DNA of 57,284 nt, counting the filler, from Basidioascus undulatus (taxonomy: Eukaryota): NCBI GenBank assembly GCA_000826855.1. It is 4 parts of 4 records of this genome, joined end to end, with 100 filler letters (N's around TTAATTAATTAA, not from the genome) between each part and the next. Parts side by side here need not be neighbours in the genome. Positions count along the whole stretch, not along the records: positions 1 to 14,261 come from JTLS01000745.1; positions 14,362 to 28,605 come from JTLS01000746.1; 2 more parts are not named here. The stretch is one strand, 5' to 3'. The number at the start of each line of letters is the position of its first letter. Positions within the stretch are counted from its first letter, which is position 1. The notes under the pieces were generated by a model. The model was given only the letters and a program-made list of their open reading frames with translations. It ran no database searches and was not told where the DNA came from. A program made the translations under genes and the position numbers. Positions 11,127-23,712 of this stretch are shown here, one piece after another.

Positions 11127-11933
11127 GACGGCTGGGAATGTGGAAGGAATGACGGGTGAGGCGAGATGGGGAGGGCATTTGAGTGCCGCAGCGAAGGGTA
11201 GAGTGCGGGAATGCCAGACATAAGAGCTGCTAAGAAGTTCAAGCTTTTTCGATAGCCCTTATTTGTCAGAGTATGTCACGGGTAGAGCTTGGGCGTAGTG
11301 GTGCAGTCTCAGAGCGAAGCTATGGTGGGTTATCCTGTTGTCGTATTCGTCGCCACTGCAACATGGCCAGCGAGGACTCTAAGTCGCCTTGCCTGGTGCC
11401 TCAGAGCTCTTCTATATCACCCCGCCATTTTCTACTTCTTTGCAACAGAGCTGCTAGTGGTCCTCAGGTTGCATTCGGACTACGATACCGACGGTGGGCA
11501 ATGCCATAGCACGCCTTGTACTGCCGCCGGGCGATATAGACACGAGTTCTGGGAGTGGGCTGTACTTTGAACATTCACACCTTGTTCTTGCTTGCAGTGA
11601 GAGGTAGACTTACAGAGCTCCAGTGACAGAAGTGCCAGTGGCATGCGGCATTGGGATTTTTCGTGTGCTCAGCTACGACTGACCTTTTTCTTCCTTTTCG
11701 ACGCTACCCAAGTTAAACCTTACCTATTCATGCGTTTCCTGGGAGAGGAAATCATGTGTAAATTGAAGTGGTCGTTAAAGTCAGTCGGGCCTCAGCTGCA
11801 GTGTTTCGTTTCGCTGGCAGCCTGCCCTGGCCCGCCTGCGGTTCCCACGCCCGCTCGCCCTCGCCCCTCTCCCCTAAGACCAATACCTGCCTACACCTCA
11901 CACATCGTACATCCTCACCACCAAACACACACC

Positions 11934-12958
11934 ATGGCCACCTACCTCGAACAAGTCCGCGCTTCCGTGCGTCTTGACAATCCCACTGAACCGGCAGGCA
12001 AGCGCGGAGATGGGCTGACCTGCGCGCGGAGACAGAACGGCAAGCTGTTTCAGGACGTGCCGGTGACGGAGGAGGGCGTCGACACGCTCCAGTTCTTGGA
12101 AGGCGCGGAGGTCGTCGTTAAGCTGTTTGGTGAGTCGGCAATGGCATTCTGACGGTGCTGGGGAAGGCTGGGAGGCTGATGCGTGGAGAGGACGAGCACC
12201 CAGACCTGCTCGGCAACAAGGCGTTCGCTGTCGTTCAGAATGACTTGAACGGCAACATCAAGGTGCCGTGGGCATGCATTTCTTTCCTATCAGGGTGTGG
12301 GAGGCTGATTCTGGGATGTGATTGATGGTGGTGGTGCGCCGAGCAGAAGGTCCGCGACCGCCACGCGGCGAAGCCCGCGGAGTCCAGCACGCTCGAGAAG
12401 CTCGTGCGGAACGAGAAGGCGGAGGGGAAGACGACTGCTACCCAGGGCCTGCTGTGGCTTCTCCGGTGCGCTGAGTCTCACTCTCCTCATCCTGGCTGCC
12501 CGGGCCCGAGGGACTGAGATGGTGTGTGAGGTAGCGGGCTGCAGTTCACCTACACAGCGCTGAAGCGGTCGCTCGAGAACCCGTCCGAGGAGCTGAGCGT
12601 GAGCTTCACGAAGGCGTACGAGGCCACGCTCAAGCAGTTCCACTCCTTCGTCGTCAAGCCGCTCTTCACCGTGCGTCCCCCTCCCCCACGCCCGCTCACC
12701 TTCCTGACGCATGTGGTGGGTGGATGCAGCTCGCGATGAAGGCGTGTCCCTACCGCGTGGACTTCTTCCAGAAGCTGGGGCAGCCGCAGGACGTCGTGGA
12801 GCAGGAGCTCGGCGCTTGGATCGCCGCGCTCGAGAAGCAGGTCGTCCAGGTGCAGACGTTCTTGGTCTCGGTGCGCCCATCGTCTTCGCTCCTGAAACCC
12901 TCTGATGTTACTCACGCGCTGCGACCTCACACAGAACAAGTACGACAAGGGTCTCTGA
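11934..12958 (+). CDS. het-c2: Glycolipid transfer protein (GLTP / HET-C2 family)
   Basis: Spliced: MATYLEQNGKLFQDVPVTEEGVDTLQFLE...LFDLLGNKAFAVVQNDLNGNIKKVR...ATQGLLWLLRGLQF...FTKAYEATLKQFHSFVVKPLFTLAMKACPYRVDFFQKLG...KYDKGL*. The GLTP sugar-recognition residues (D, N, K, W, H) are present. Confidence 0.93.
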
Positions 12959-13262
12959 GAGGACATAGGGCAGACGGACGTAGAGAGGGTGTTGGGGCGC
13001 GGTCGGAGATGAGGTCGACGGTGGGACGGGGCTGGTACACTTTTGTTCTCTGATCTTTGATCCTTCATCCAATACCCCTGCATGCGCAACTTCCTGTTAG
13101 TACTGCCCTGTGTGTACACCCAGCCTAATCGCCAGCTGATACGCGTCGCGTGCTTCATTTGGACGCGCGTGGGAATCGACGTGACCGGTCCCGCTTGCTC
13201 TTGAACTTGCCCCCCAGTCCGCAACTTGACTGCTCACCCTCATTCTCATCTCTCCAGTCGCC

Positions 13263-14261
13263 ATGCCGCCCAAACGCAAAGCCGCCGCCGCTGCCGCCTC
13301 CTCCTCCTCGAAGCGCCAAGTGAAAGACGACGCCGACTCGTCCGGTCTCTCCGACCCGCCCTCGCCCGACGCATCGTCTTCGGCGAAGGGGAAGAAGCCC
13401 GCCGCGAAGAAGGGCGGAAAGGCAGCGAAGGAGCCCGTGAAGCCGCTTGATCCGAACGCGTGAGTCCGCATTCCGCTCTTATTGGTGCTGCAGCTGAGGG
13501 GACGCGGAGCGAGCAGCCCGACGAACAAGTCTATTCCGGAGACGCTGGCGTTCCCGAAGCAGGAGGAGGGGAGGGTGCGGATCGCTACGTGGAATGTTGC
13601 GGGACTGGCGAGCGCGCGGAAGAAGGTGCATTTGCGGTGAGGGGGGAGGCGGTGGGGCGGGGAGGAAGCTGATGAGCGAGGGAGGGGCCAGGGGTTTGAT
13701 CGGTATGTCGAGGCGGAGGACGCGGACGTTTTGATCGTGACGGAGACGAAGGTAAGTGACTGAGAGGTTCTGGTATGAGTCTGTTGTTTCTGCACTGGTG
13801 CTGATGTCGAGGGGCTGCATAGATCAACAAGAACCTCGAAGACACGGCGCTCTCCGCGCGGTACCCGCACCAGTCGTGGTCGCACGCGTCGAAGAACGGC
13901 TACGGTGCGCGCTCACCGCCTTTCCTTGACGCATGGATGCAAAATCTGACGAGAGTCATCGCAGCGGGCGTCGCCGTCCTCTCCAAGCTCAAGCCACTCA
14001 GCGTGTCGTTCGGTCTGCCCACGCACCCCGACCCGCCGAGCACGGACGGCCGGATCGTCACGCTCGAGTTCCAGTCGCTGTACCTGGTCCGCCTCCTTTC
14101 CCCATCCCACACCCATATCCCTGTCCTACCTTTACCTTGAACTCACCTTCCTGGAACGTAGATCGCGGTGTACGTCCCGAATGCGGGGCAGGGGCTCAAG
14201 GTGCGCTTTGCTGGACGGAGAAGGTGGGAGGAGGTGGGGGAAGGTGTTGGCCTGGTGTGTG
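13263..14261 (+). CDS. ExoIII/APE1-type apurinic/apyrimidinic endonuclease (3'-truncated by gap)
   Basis: A Lys-rich disordered N-terminus is followed by RIATWNVAGL...KKGFDRYVEAEDADVLIVTETK...GYAGVAVLSKLKP...DGRIVTLEF...YLIAVYVPNAGQGLK (EEP superfamily motifs). Confidence 0.92.
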
Positions 14262-14361
14262 NNNNNNNNNNNNNNNNNNNNNNNNNNNNNNNNNNNNNNN
14301 NNNNNTTAATTAATTAANNNNNNNNNNNNNNNNNNNNNNNNNNNNNNNNNNNNNNNNNNNN
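14262..14361. other. Artificial assembly spacer N44-TTAATTAATTAA-N44
   Basis: Six-frame stop linker at 14306-14317, embedded in Ns. Confidence 0.98.
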
Positions 14362-15682
14362 AGGGAAGGTGCGACGGGAGGGAGGGGAGGGAGGAGGTGG
14401 GTATGGGTGCTGATGCGTGGAGCGGGGTGAGGGGAAACAGACGCCAGAACATCAGTTCTACATGTCCCTCGTCGACCCGCGTTGGCGGCCCCCTCCCCCG
14501 CCGTTCACGGACGAGGTGCGCTTCCATTCCCACCTCTCTCCACCCTTCATCCTCTCATCCCCTCATCCTGCCAACTCACTCGCAGGGCCCCGACGTCGCC
14601 CCAACGGACGACTCGGCAGAAGAAAGCGAGCACGAGCAAGTGGGGCAGAAGAGCCGCGGCAAGCTTGGGAAGCTTGGGAGGAGGAGGCTCGAGGCTATGC
14701 TTAGGGGCATTACCCCCCACCGGAGAGCCGTGGCGAGGACGATGGTTTTTGTGCTGGAGCACTCGGACGCGGTTGACGAGGTGCTCCCATCTCTCCCATT
14801 CCTCCCCGTTCCCTTTGTTCGCATGTTCCCTCTTTCCCCTCTTGTCTTCATCCTACACCGTCTTCCGCCTTACGCGTTTTCCGCCTTACGCTCTTCCGGC
14901 TTACGCGCTCCGCCTTCCCATCTTCCGCTTTCCTTCCCCCCCTTTCGCCTTTTCCCCCGATCCCTTCTTCCTCCTTCTGTCCTCCTTCAGCTTCTCCCCG
15001 CATCTCCTGGCACCATCACCATCCAAGTGGATTCTGACGCAACCCGCCCAACCGCCCGCAGGTCGTCGAGCTGATCATCGACTCCCTCACCCTCCCCTCC
15101 ACGCCCGTCCCGCGCAAGCTCGCGCGCCTGCACGTCGTCTCCGACGTCCTGGCAAACAGCGCCGTCCCGATCCCGAACGCGTGGAAATACCGGCAGGCGT
15201 TCGAGCTCGCGCTCCCGCGCGTGTTCGACCACCTCGCGACCGTCTACCGCGCGTTCCCGTCCCGCATCCAGGCCGAGGCATTTAAAGAGCGCTGCCAGAC
15301 CGTCATTGATGTGTGGGGGGAACAGTTCGTTTACCCACCGGCGCGGCTGGAGGAGTTTGAGCGGCGCTTGGTAGGGAAGGCTCCGGAGGAGGAGAGGGGG
15401 AGTGAGGAGGGAGGAAGGGAGGAGGAGGAGAGGAGGGAGGTGCAGGAGGAGCAGGGCGCCAGGCCCAAGGGCTTCGCCAGCGCGTTCAGGCCCGCTGCGA
15501 TGACCGCTGCGCCGGTGTACGTCGCTGCGGCCGACCTCGACGGCGAGCCCGTCGGCGACGCGGACCTCGATGGCGAGCCTGTGGGGGATGCGGATTTGGA
15601 TGGCGCGCCCCTAGGTACGGGGGCGGTGGAGGAGGACTTGGATGGTCAGGCGATGGACGAGCTGGATGGGGCGCCGATGTGA
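14362..15682 (+). CDS. U2SURP: U2 snRNP-associated SURP-motif protein (SR140/U2SURP), C-terminal CID region (5'-truncated by gap)
   Basis: GKLGKLGRRRLEAMLRGIT...VARTMVFVLEHSDAVDEVVELIIDSLTLPSTPVPRKLARLHVVSDVLANSAVPIPNAWKYRQAFE...FDHLATVY...QAEAFKERCQTVIDVW, followed by DLDGEP repeats. Confidence 0.9.
14861..14917 (+). repeat. Intronic ~15-16-bp minisatellite (core ttccgccttacgc, ~3.5 copies)
   Basis: tcttccgccttacgc gttttccgccttacgc tcttccggcttacgc gctccgcctt, inside the long pyrimidine-rich U2SURP intron. Confidence 0.75.
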
Positions 15683-16739
15683 GAGGGTCGGAGAGGCGGG
15701 GGGAAGTGGTGTATTTTGCTTGCTGTCCTCCTTGACCTATGTTCTTCGGTGCTTCACGAGTGCTTGTCGCTTGCTTAATTAACCTGGCTTGAGCAGCGCT
15801 GAGCCACATTGGACGCTCGTAGATTCGCGGTGCCCACACAGTGCGTCAGGAGGGAAGAAGACGCCTTCAGAAGACAGCTTGTCAAAGCTAGTTGATCAAT
15901 GACTGGATGCGAGGACAGGTCCGGCAATTTCCAGCCGCTCAAACACCGTCGCAGTGCTTGTCTTGAGCATGTACGGAGTTCCCAAGTGTGCCTGTGGTCT
16001 TGTATTCGTCTTGGAGACGAGTAAGCATCACGATGGAATATTGGTGCTTGAGTGTTCGTCCCTGTCACTTTGAAGTCAGAGGCCCGCCGCCCGGCATCTT
16101 GAGGCATTATCAGATGATCGATCGATATCGGGAGATCCTTGTTATCTATGGCGCGTGCGCGGAGAGTCTCACTAATTTGCCCACTAGCACGGATGTCCCT
16201 TGGCAAGTTTGTCGCTGTGCCGAGCTTCTCCGCTGCCTTCTTGCCCTTCAAAAAGCCCTCTCTGCTGAATACCAAAAAGCGGTCGAGAAAAGATAGTGGA
16301 TACTGCATATAGAAGCGAGAGGCAACTGCGAAAGAGCGGACTGCCTCCACTCACCTTCTCTTTTTGAGAGATGCCGAAACTCCACAGACCTCCGTGGTAG
16401 CCCGCGATCATGCGTATCAGATGAGATAATAAAGTTGTCCCTGGATGCGTTAGCGCAGTTTGACCCACGATTCATTTTTCCACCGCCGCGTCTTCCCTCG
16501 CGCAGCGCGGGGCCGCTTGGCTGTCGCTTCGCTTTCCTCGGCCGATGCAGCGTGATAATCATATAGGGCAGAATGTGTTTTGATCACACTGGACTTCGCT
16601 TTGGCTTTCTCCCGCCGTGACCCTCCAAAGCGAACCGCCAGGACTGCAGCGAGGGAGCGCGATCACGAAGACGCACCACACCCTCGATCGTTCGCTCACG
16701 ACCACCCCCGCCCCTTGTCCTCTCCGCTTCGTCGTCGCC

Positions 16740-19700
16740 ATGGTCGACGCGCTCTGCACCGATGAGGCGTCGTTCGGGCCCTCCTCGGTATGCCGGTCTA
16801 TGGACTTTACACTCGGCTTCACCTTCCGGTACGTCTTCCTCGCGCGACTGGCCTTCCATCCTTACGTTTCCTATCGTGCTCACCTCCCCTGCACAAAGTA
16901 TCCTCTCCATCCTACCCTTTTCGCTGTTCCTCTTTCTCGCGGCTACCCGAACTCTGCACCTCATCCGTCGGCCAAGACTGACGCGGGAGGCCATCGACGT
17001 GCTGAGCGGGCTCAAATTGGGTGTGACCGCTCTGCTCTTTGCGAGTCTCGCCGGGACGCTGGCAAAGACACCTCGGTACGGCTGGGGAGCATGGGCGACC
17101 AAGGCGTATTCGGTGGAGCTCGCAGTGACTGTGAGCTTTCCTTTATCACCCCGCCGCCCAGTGTGAAGCTCATGACTTATGTCGTATCCGGGTATCCAGG
17201 TGTCGCTCGCCCTCCTCTCCTACACGCACCACACCCGCTGTCTTGCCCCTTCCACGCTCCTTTTCCTCTTCCTCTTCCTCGCGGAGCTCTTCAGCGCCGT
17301 CCAGCTTCGGACGTACATCATCACCCCGCTGCACACCTCGGCGCTATTCCCGCCCTTTGTCGTCGCGTTCGCTGCGCGCGGAGTGCTCCTGCTGCTTGAA
17401 GTCGTCGAGAAGCGGCGATTCTTGCGAGAGGATGCTACGGTGCGTTGTTGCAGGCTACATCACTGCCGTCAACCTCACTCACCCCATTCTGCACATACAG
17501 CCGAAAGCTCTCGAGCCGACGTCTTCCCTACTGTCGCGTCTTCTCTTCCGCTTCCTTCTCCCCCTGCTCGTCGCGGGTCGGTCTACCGCATTCGACCTCG
17601 ACGCTCTTAACTCTTTCGGCATTCCTCCCTCCATGACGAGTGCAGCCGCAGGCGGCGCCTTAGCTCGGTCCATCTCGCAATCTCACCCGTGCGTCTTCTT
17701 TTTCCCGCTCAATTGGGCGGCATGCGTCTGACCCTCTTGCACGCGAAGATCTGCCATCTTCCGCCCCTCGCTGCGCGCCTTCTTTCCCGCCTTCGCTGCT
17801 CCCGCCCCGCCCAAGCTGGGCCTCATAGCGGCGACGTTCGCACAGCCGTACCTCGTCCAGACCATGCTGGCATTCATCGGCTCGTACACCAGCTCGAACG
17901 CCGAGCCAGCTCCCGCAGCACACGGATGGGCGCTCGTCGGCGCGTATGCGATGGTGTACCTCGTCATCTCTTCTTGCACGGCTCTCTACTGGGATAAGGT
18001 GAGCACCCTCTCGCTGCCAACCGAAGCTTCTGGGCTGATCGTCGTCGCGCTACAGATTTACGACGTCTCGGTTCAGTATCGCGCTGCGCTGTATGCACTT
18101 TGGCCGTCTTTACCGGAACATGTACTGATACTCCCGTCTTTCTAACAGTGTGAACGTGATCTTCGAGAAGACCCTGCGCTTGTCTGCGTCGGTCGCACAG
18201 AAGGAGGGCAGTGGCGCGGCTGTAACCTACATGTAAGCGACTGCCAATGCTGGCCTTCTGTAGATTTTACGCTCACATAATGGACGCATCCGTTGCATCA
18301 ATTTTGCACAGGTCGGTCGATGTCGAGCGTGTAGTCGAGGGCATCGCGTTCTTCCACGAGGCTTGGACCGCTGTTATCTCTATTGTGGTCGCTGCCGTTA
18401 TTCTGTGGTATCAGGTTTGTCCTGTACTTGATAATCTCCGGCTGCGGCTTTTACTTAATCACGCGTTCCGCCAGGCTTCCTACGCCATGTTCCCCCCCCT
18501 CGCCGTGATCGTCGCCTTCCTGCTGCTTACATCGGTCATCGGCAAGGTGCGAAGGCGGATCTCTTAGAACTCGGCGTTTCGCCTAGCTGAAAATTTCTTT
18601 TGAGTTAGACTGTCGGCACAGCTCAAGCAGCATGGATGGGCGGGACGGACAAGCGCATACAACTTCTTGTGCGTCTTCGTGTTGTTCCAGGAAACGTCAG
18701 CACCAATCGACGCTTACACATTTTGCTTCTGAACGACACAGACATCTATCCTCTCTCAAATCATTCCCATCAAGCTCTCCGCGCTCGAGCCCGTCGTCTC
18801 TCCTCATGTCAGGCCGCTGCGTGAGCGTGAAGTTTCTGCGCTCCGGACGTTCTAGTATGTCAAATCATGCCCTTTTTTAGTCAAGGAAACTTGGCTCACA
18901 ATTACTTGAACTGGTTAAATAGCGCCCGAATCATTATCGTCGCCGTTTTCTCGACCGCCACTGTTAACTTTGCTGGACTATCGGCTCTCGGTACCTACGT
19001 CGGCCTCGAAGTCGGATCGCTCGACCCCCAGAACCTGTTTACGATCCTCACTGTCGTCGTACGTTGGGTGCAACAACTTATTGTCGGCCTGTACTCACAT
19101 GTGCATTTGCACCAGAACCTTGTCACGCTGCCCATCTCCACCGTCGGCCACTGCTTCCCTCAGCTTCTCGCTTCGTGGGCATCACTTCGCCGTATTGCGG
19201 CCTTCCTCGCGCGGGAAGAGCGGATCGACGAGGATATTTCCTCTCACCACTACGACACGTCCGACGACGAGAAGGTCGACTCGTGCCAGTCGAGTGAAAA
19301 GACCTCCGCCCTCGTCTCGCCGCCGGCGGTGGAAGTCGTCCGTCCCATCGTGCTCGAGGGCGCATCCTTCGCGGCCGAGGCTGGCGGTCAGACGCTGTTG
19401 TCCGACGTTACGGCGACTTTCGAGCTTGGGAAACTTACTATGTTGGTTGGGCCCGTGGGCGCTGTACTTGATTTCCCTTCCTTTGAATCCCGACTCCCTA
19501 CTTACAGTGTGTGTCTTCTGCTTCTACGCAGGGCAAATCCGTCCTCCTCACCTCACTCCTCTCCGAAATGCATCTCGTATCGGGTGTCGCTACCCTACCT
19601 CCACCGTCGACCCGTATCGCATACGCCCCACAAGACGCCTTCCTCTGGCCGACCACCGTGCGCGAGAACATTGTCCTCGATCGACCTTTCGAGCCGGCGT

Positions 19701-22700
19701 GGTACGCACGCGTCCTGGAAGCGTGCTGCCTCGGCCCCGATATCGCCCGCATGGCGAACGGCGACATGACGCGCATGGGCGAGAAGGGCGGGAGCGTCAG
19801 CGGCGGGCAAAAGCAACGAATCGTGCGTGAGTTGTTCCCGACTTTCTAACAGACGGCTGACTTAGAGGACGCACCGCAGTCGCTCGCTCGCGCGGTCTAT
19901 GCGCGCTGCGAGTACACGCTGCTGGACGACAGCTTCTCCGCTCTGGTAAGAGTGAAAGCCATGGTAACGTTACGCTACCCACTGATCGTGCTCCGCGTAA
20001 CAGGACTCGCACACTGCCTCGGCCGTCTTCAACGCCCTCTTCGGCCCGAGTGGCCTGCTGCGCGGCAAGACCATCATTCTCGCCACCCACATCCGTACGC
20101 AGCAGGGTTCTATACCGCCTAGGGTGGCTGAAGAACTGAAATGCGAAAACGCGACCTTCAGTGCACCACCTTCCTACTGCCGATTCCATCGCTGTCGTCG
20201 ACAAAGGTCGGCTTGTCGCCCAAGGGACGCTTCCCGAGCTGCGGTCGGGCGCGGTCGATGTCGCGTGCTTCGTCGCTCTGGATCAGGATGCAGCTCCCCC
20301 GAAGCCCGTGGTCGACGGCGGCATCGCCGCCGCTGTAGGCATCGAGCCGGCAGAAGTTCCCCAGGGCGTGCGGGAGATTGGGAACGACGGAGACGTCCAG
20401 AAGGTCGAGGAGAAGAAGGAGAACGAGAAGGAGGGCGACGAGGAGCAGAACGGCGTGCTGGGAAGTGCAGGATGGGCGCCATACAAGTTCTACTTCACTT
20501 CAGTACGTGGGAATTTTTCCGAAGGTTTTACCCTTGCTGATTGTCTCATACGCTTTCAGTGTGGCTGGTCGCGCTTGTCAGCCTCGCTTCTGTGTCTCGT
20601 TGCGTATACGACGATGGAAGTCGGCTTGCAGGCACGTCCACCTAGCAGGACACCCTCCCTTCGAGTTTGTTTGTTGACATTTCACATCCTTTCAGATTTT
20701 TCTCAAGCTCTGGTCGGAATCCGACACGAACTCGCACGGCCCATGGCTCGGCGGCTACGCTGCATTCGCAGTCGCCTGTCTCCTCGCCTCTGCCGTCGCC
20801 TTCTTCGCCTACACGCTCTTCACTACCCCGCACGCGTCGCTCGAGATTCACCGCCGGTTCATCAACGCCATTCTCGCTGCTCCCGTCTCGTTCTTCCAGC
20901 GGACGCCGCCTGGACGGTTGGTCAACCGCTGCAGCGCCGATACCAATGTCATCGACTTCGCATTCCCTCTAGCATTGCTCGATTTCACTTTCACCGCCGT
21001 CTACGTCTGTGCGTACATTTTTATAGAGCTTCTCGAAATGAACGACAGACCGCTGACCCCAATTGAAATACAGTGGGCGCTATGATTCTGATTTTCATCG
21101 CGGTACGTTAAAAGTTGAAGCGTGGGGATTTCTGTTCTGACTTGATGTTGTAGGTCCCGTGGCTGGCGATATCGGCTCCGTTCATCGGTTATGCGTACTG
21201 GTGTCTTCAGAAGTTCTACCTGGTACAGTCGTTTCTGCGGGTATTAAGGTCGCGTTAGCTGACCTCAACTGCACCCTCACAGGCGACTTCTCGACAGCTG
21301 CAGCGGCTCGAGATGAGCTCCAAAACCCCCATATACTCGACCTTCGGCACGGCACTCTCGGGCCTCGTAACTATTCGCGCATTCCGAGCTGAGCGCCTCT
21401 TCCAAGATGCGAGCAAGCGTCACCTCGACCGTTCCCAGGCGCCTATGTACTACCGCTACGCCGGTATCCGCTTCCTGTGAGCTTCCTGGCCCCTATCCTG
21501 CCCCTGGCTTATGGAACCGAAAATGATTGATTCGATCTTCCCAGTCGGACTGCTCTCAACCTCATGACCCTCCTCATCGCCGTCGCTCTTGCGGCGCTCG
21601 CGGTCGGCCTGCGTCACTCGACGTCCGCCGGCTATCTCGGAGTCGCCTTGTCGCAGCTTGTTAGCCTGGCGACCAGCTTGACGAACATGCTTATGGCTTG
21701 GACTCGCGTCGAGAACGGCGTCGTGGCCGTCGAGCGTGTACACGAGGTCGTCAACGTGGAGCCTGAGGAGCAGGACAGCCATGGCAAACGTCGCGCGGAG
21801 GAGCCGTGGCCGTCGAAGGGGACAGTAGTCTTCCGCGACGTTTCTCTGAAGTACCGGTACGCCTGTTGCCTCTTGCACTAAAATCGCGGATCTGACCTTC
21901 CTTCGCGCTTGGACAGGGAGGAGCTTGAGCCTGTGCTCCGCAACGCCAGCTTCTCCCTCAAGGGCGGCGAGAAACTCGGTATCTGTGGGCGGACAGGGTA
22001 GGTCTGAGTTGGCACTTCCGTTCCTTTTCTAAGCGCTGAAACGCCATTTCTTTGCAGGAGCGGAAAGAGCAGTACTGTCCTCGGTCTGCTCGAAGGCATC
22101 TCCGCCCCTCTCCGTACTGGTCAAATTCTCATTGACGGCGTCGAGACCTCCTTCGTCCCGCTTGCTCAACTCCGGTCTTCTATCAGGTGCGCCTCTCGAC
22201 AAGGTGCTTCTCTGACGCCGATACTGATGCGGAAGCCTTGCGTCCCCTAGTGTCGTCTCCCAGGATCCCTCCCTCCTACACCTTCCCATTCGAGACAATC
22301 TCACGCTCGGATGCTCTCCGACGCCGTCCGATGCTGAGGTCTGGGATGCTCTTGAGCGCGTCGGCATGCGGGACGCTGTCGCAGCATTGGAGGGCAAATT
22401 GGACGAGATGGTATCTTCAGATGGGCTAGAATTCTCTCGCGGGCAGGTGCGTAAAACCTTTCAAGGTCCTGATTTTCTCGCAGCTTATCAGGCAGCGCTC
22501 TTTCCAGCGACAACTGCTTTGCATCGCGCGCGTTCTGCTGCAGCGGCGGAAGATCGTTGTGTTGGATGAGGCTTCCTCGAGGTGCGTAGATGTAATTTCA
22601 GGCCGGAATGTCTGCCGTTGCTCAAGACCGTCGACTACTTCGCAGTATGGATGCCCAGACGGATGCTCGCCTCCTCGCCGTGCTTCGTAACGACCTGCGG

Positions 22701-22922
22701 GATGTGACCGTGATCGCGGTGGCACACAGGATTGGTCCGTGCCGTCATGTTTCGCACCGAGAGTTCAGTGCTGACATATTTTGGACAGCTTCGATTATGG
22801 ACTATGACTCTGTGCTTGTGCTAGATGAAGGGCAGGTCGTCGAGGAGGGAGCACCAAGTGTGCTGCTCGAGGACAAGGACAGCAAGTTCGCCGCGTTCGC
22901 TAGACAACAGGGACTGGCTTGA
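16740..22922 (+). CDS. Full-length ABCC (MRP-like) ABC transporter, many introns
   Basis: The N-terminus is MVDALCTDEASFGPSSVCRSMDFTLGF. NBD1 has GPVGAGKS, VSGGQKQRI and YTLLDDSFSALD. NBD2 has CGRTGSGKS, FSRGQRQLLCIAR, IVVLDEASSSMD and AVAHRI. The stop TGA is at 22920-22922. Not every exon junction was verified. Confidence 0.93.
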
Positions 22923-23395
22923 TATTAGATAGATTGAATGACGAACCATTCCTTTGCGGTTTGGTAAAGCAACGCAACATCACATCTGCAATAGTCTGTG
23001 CCCTACTTACGTGGAACGATGCGTCGAAGTGCGATGCGCAACATCGCAGGTCACTTTCGCTTGAAGAGTTGCTAGCGAGCCTCGCGTTCAAAACAAAAAT
23101 GATTAAACAAGGTCTCCATATACATATGAAGCATATTGATGTTTTAATCCGGATTGCCGGTCGGAAAAAGCGATGCTGTGTCTGCATCGCACTTGTCTGT
23201 TGGTCAACCTCACAAGGCCGACATCGCAGCGATTATTGAAAATGTGGTCTTGCTTATCATGGCACCCATCATCAATAGTCTAGTATGGCATAACCTTAGA
23301 GTAAAGTGCGGGTATGGGTCGCCGGCTGCCTACCGGGATGAGTGCGATGGTACGCGGGCTTGAAACTTCTGAGTCGGCTCAGCACATCCAAGAGC

Positions 23396-23509
23396 TTTTT
23401 TTTCTGCATTGGAGGCGCCATGGGTAAGTCTGCCCAGCTTGGACTGCATGCCTGGCTCCCTAACGCCATGGAAGGGCCTACACCAGTTTCAGCTCTGATT
23501 CACGCGGCC
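23396..23509 (+). pseudogene. nad5: Nuclear mitochondrial DNA insert (NUMT): nad5 fragment
   Basis: Encodes [37 protein letters not shown], the most conserved ND5/NuoL motif. Similarity is absent on both flanks. Confidence 0.88.
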
Positions 23510-23640
23510 CTGCCTCAGTCAAGGGTAGAGCTTGCCGGCCCGGGCGTGGATCGGTGAGCACACAGTACGAAAAAGTATTTGCAATATGGGGCAATAACTT
23601 AGAATGATTTGAGTTTCCCATGGATCTGGGCAATGGACCT

Positions 23641-23712
23641 GGGCATTTGGTCAGGGGCTATCACATCTCATTCGCATTGAGGGGGTCCCCGATTCAAATC
23701 CGGGAATGTCCA
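23641..23712 (+). tRNA. tRNA-Ala(CGC), degenerate and probably a pseudo-tRNA
   Basis: The acceptor stem GGGCATT/AATGTCC-A carries the G3:U70 Ala identity pair. The anticodon arm is TCTCA-TTCGCAT-TGAGG and the T-arm CCCGA-TTCAAAT-CCGGG. An oligo-T Pol III terminator follows at ~23717. The D-arm/A-box and G53 deviate from consensus. Confidence 0.82.

Noticed and set aside
14306..14317. TTAATTAATTAA palindrome as a biological repeat or terminator
   Set aside because: It is a synthetic six-frame stop linker flanked by Ns and identical at three sites. The ttaattaa at 15775 is a chance natural octamer.
15530..15682. Repeated DLDG(E/A/Q)P peptides as a novel repeat domain
   Set aside because: D(L/I/V)DGxP repeats are a normal feature of U2SURP/SR140 C-terminal regions.
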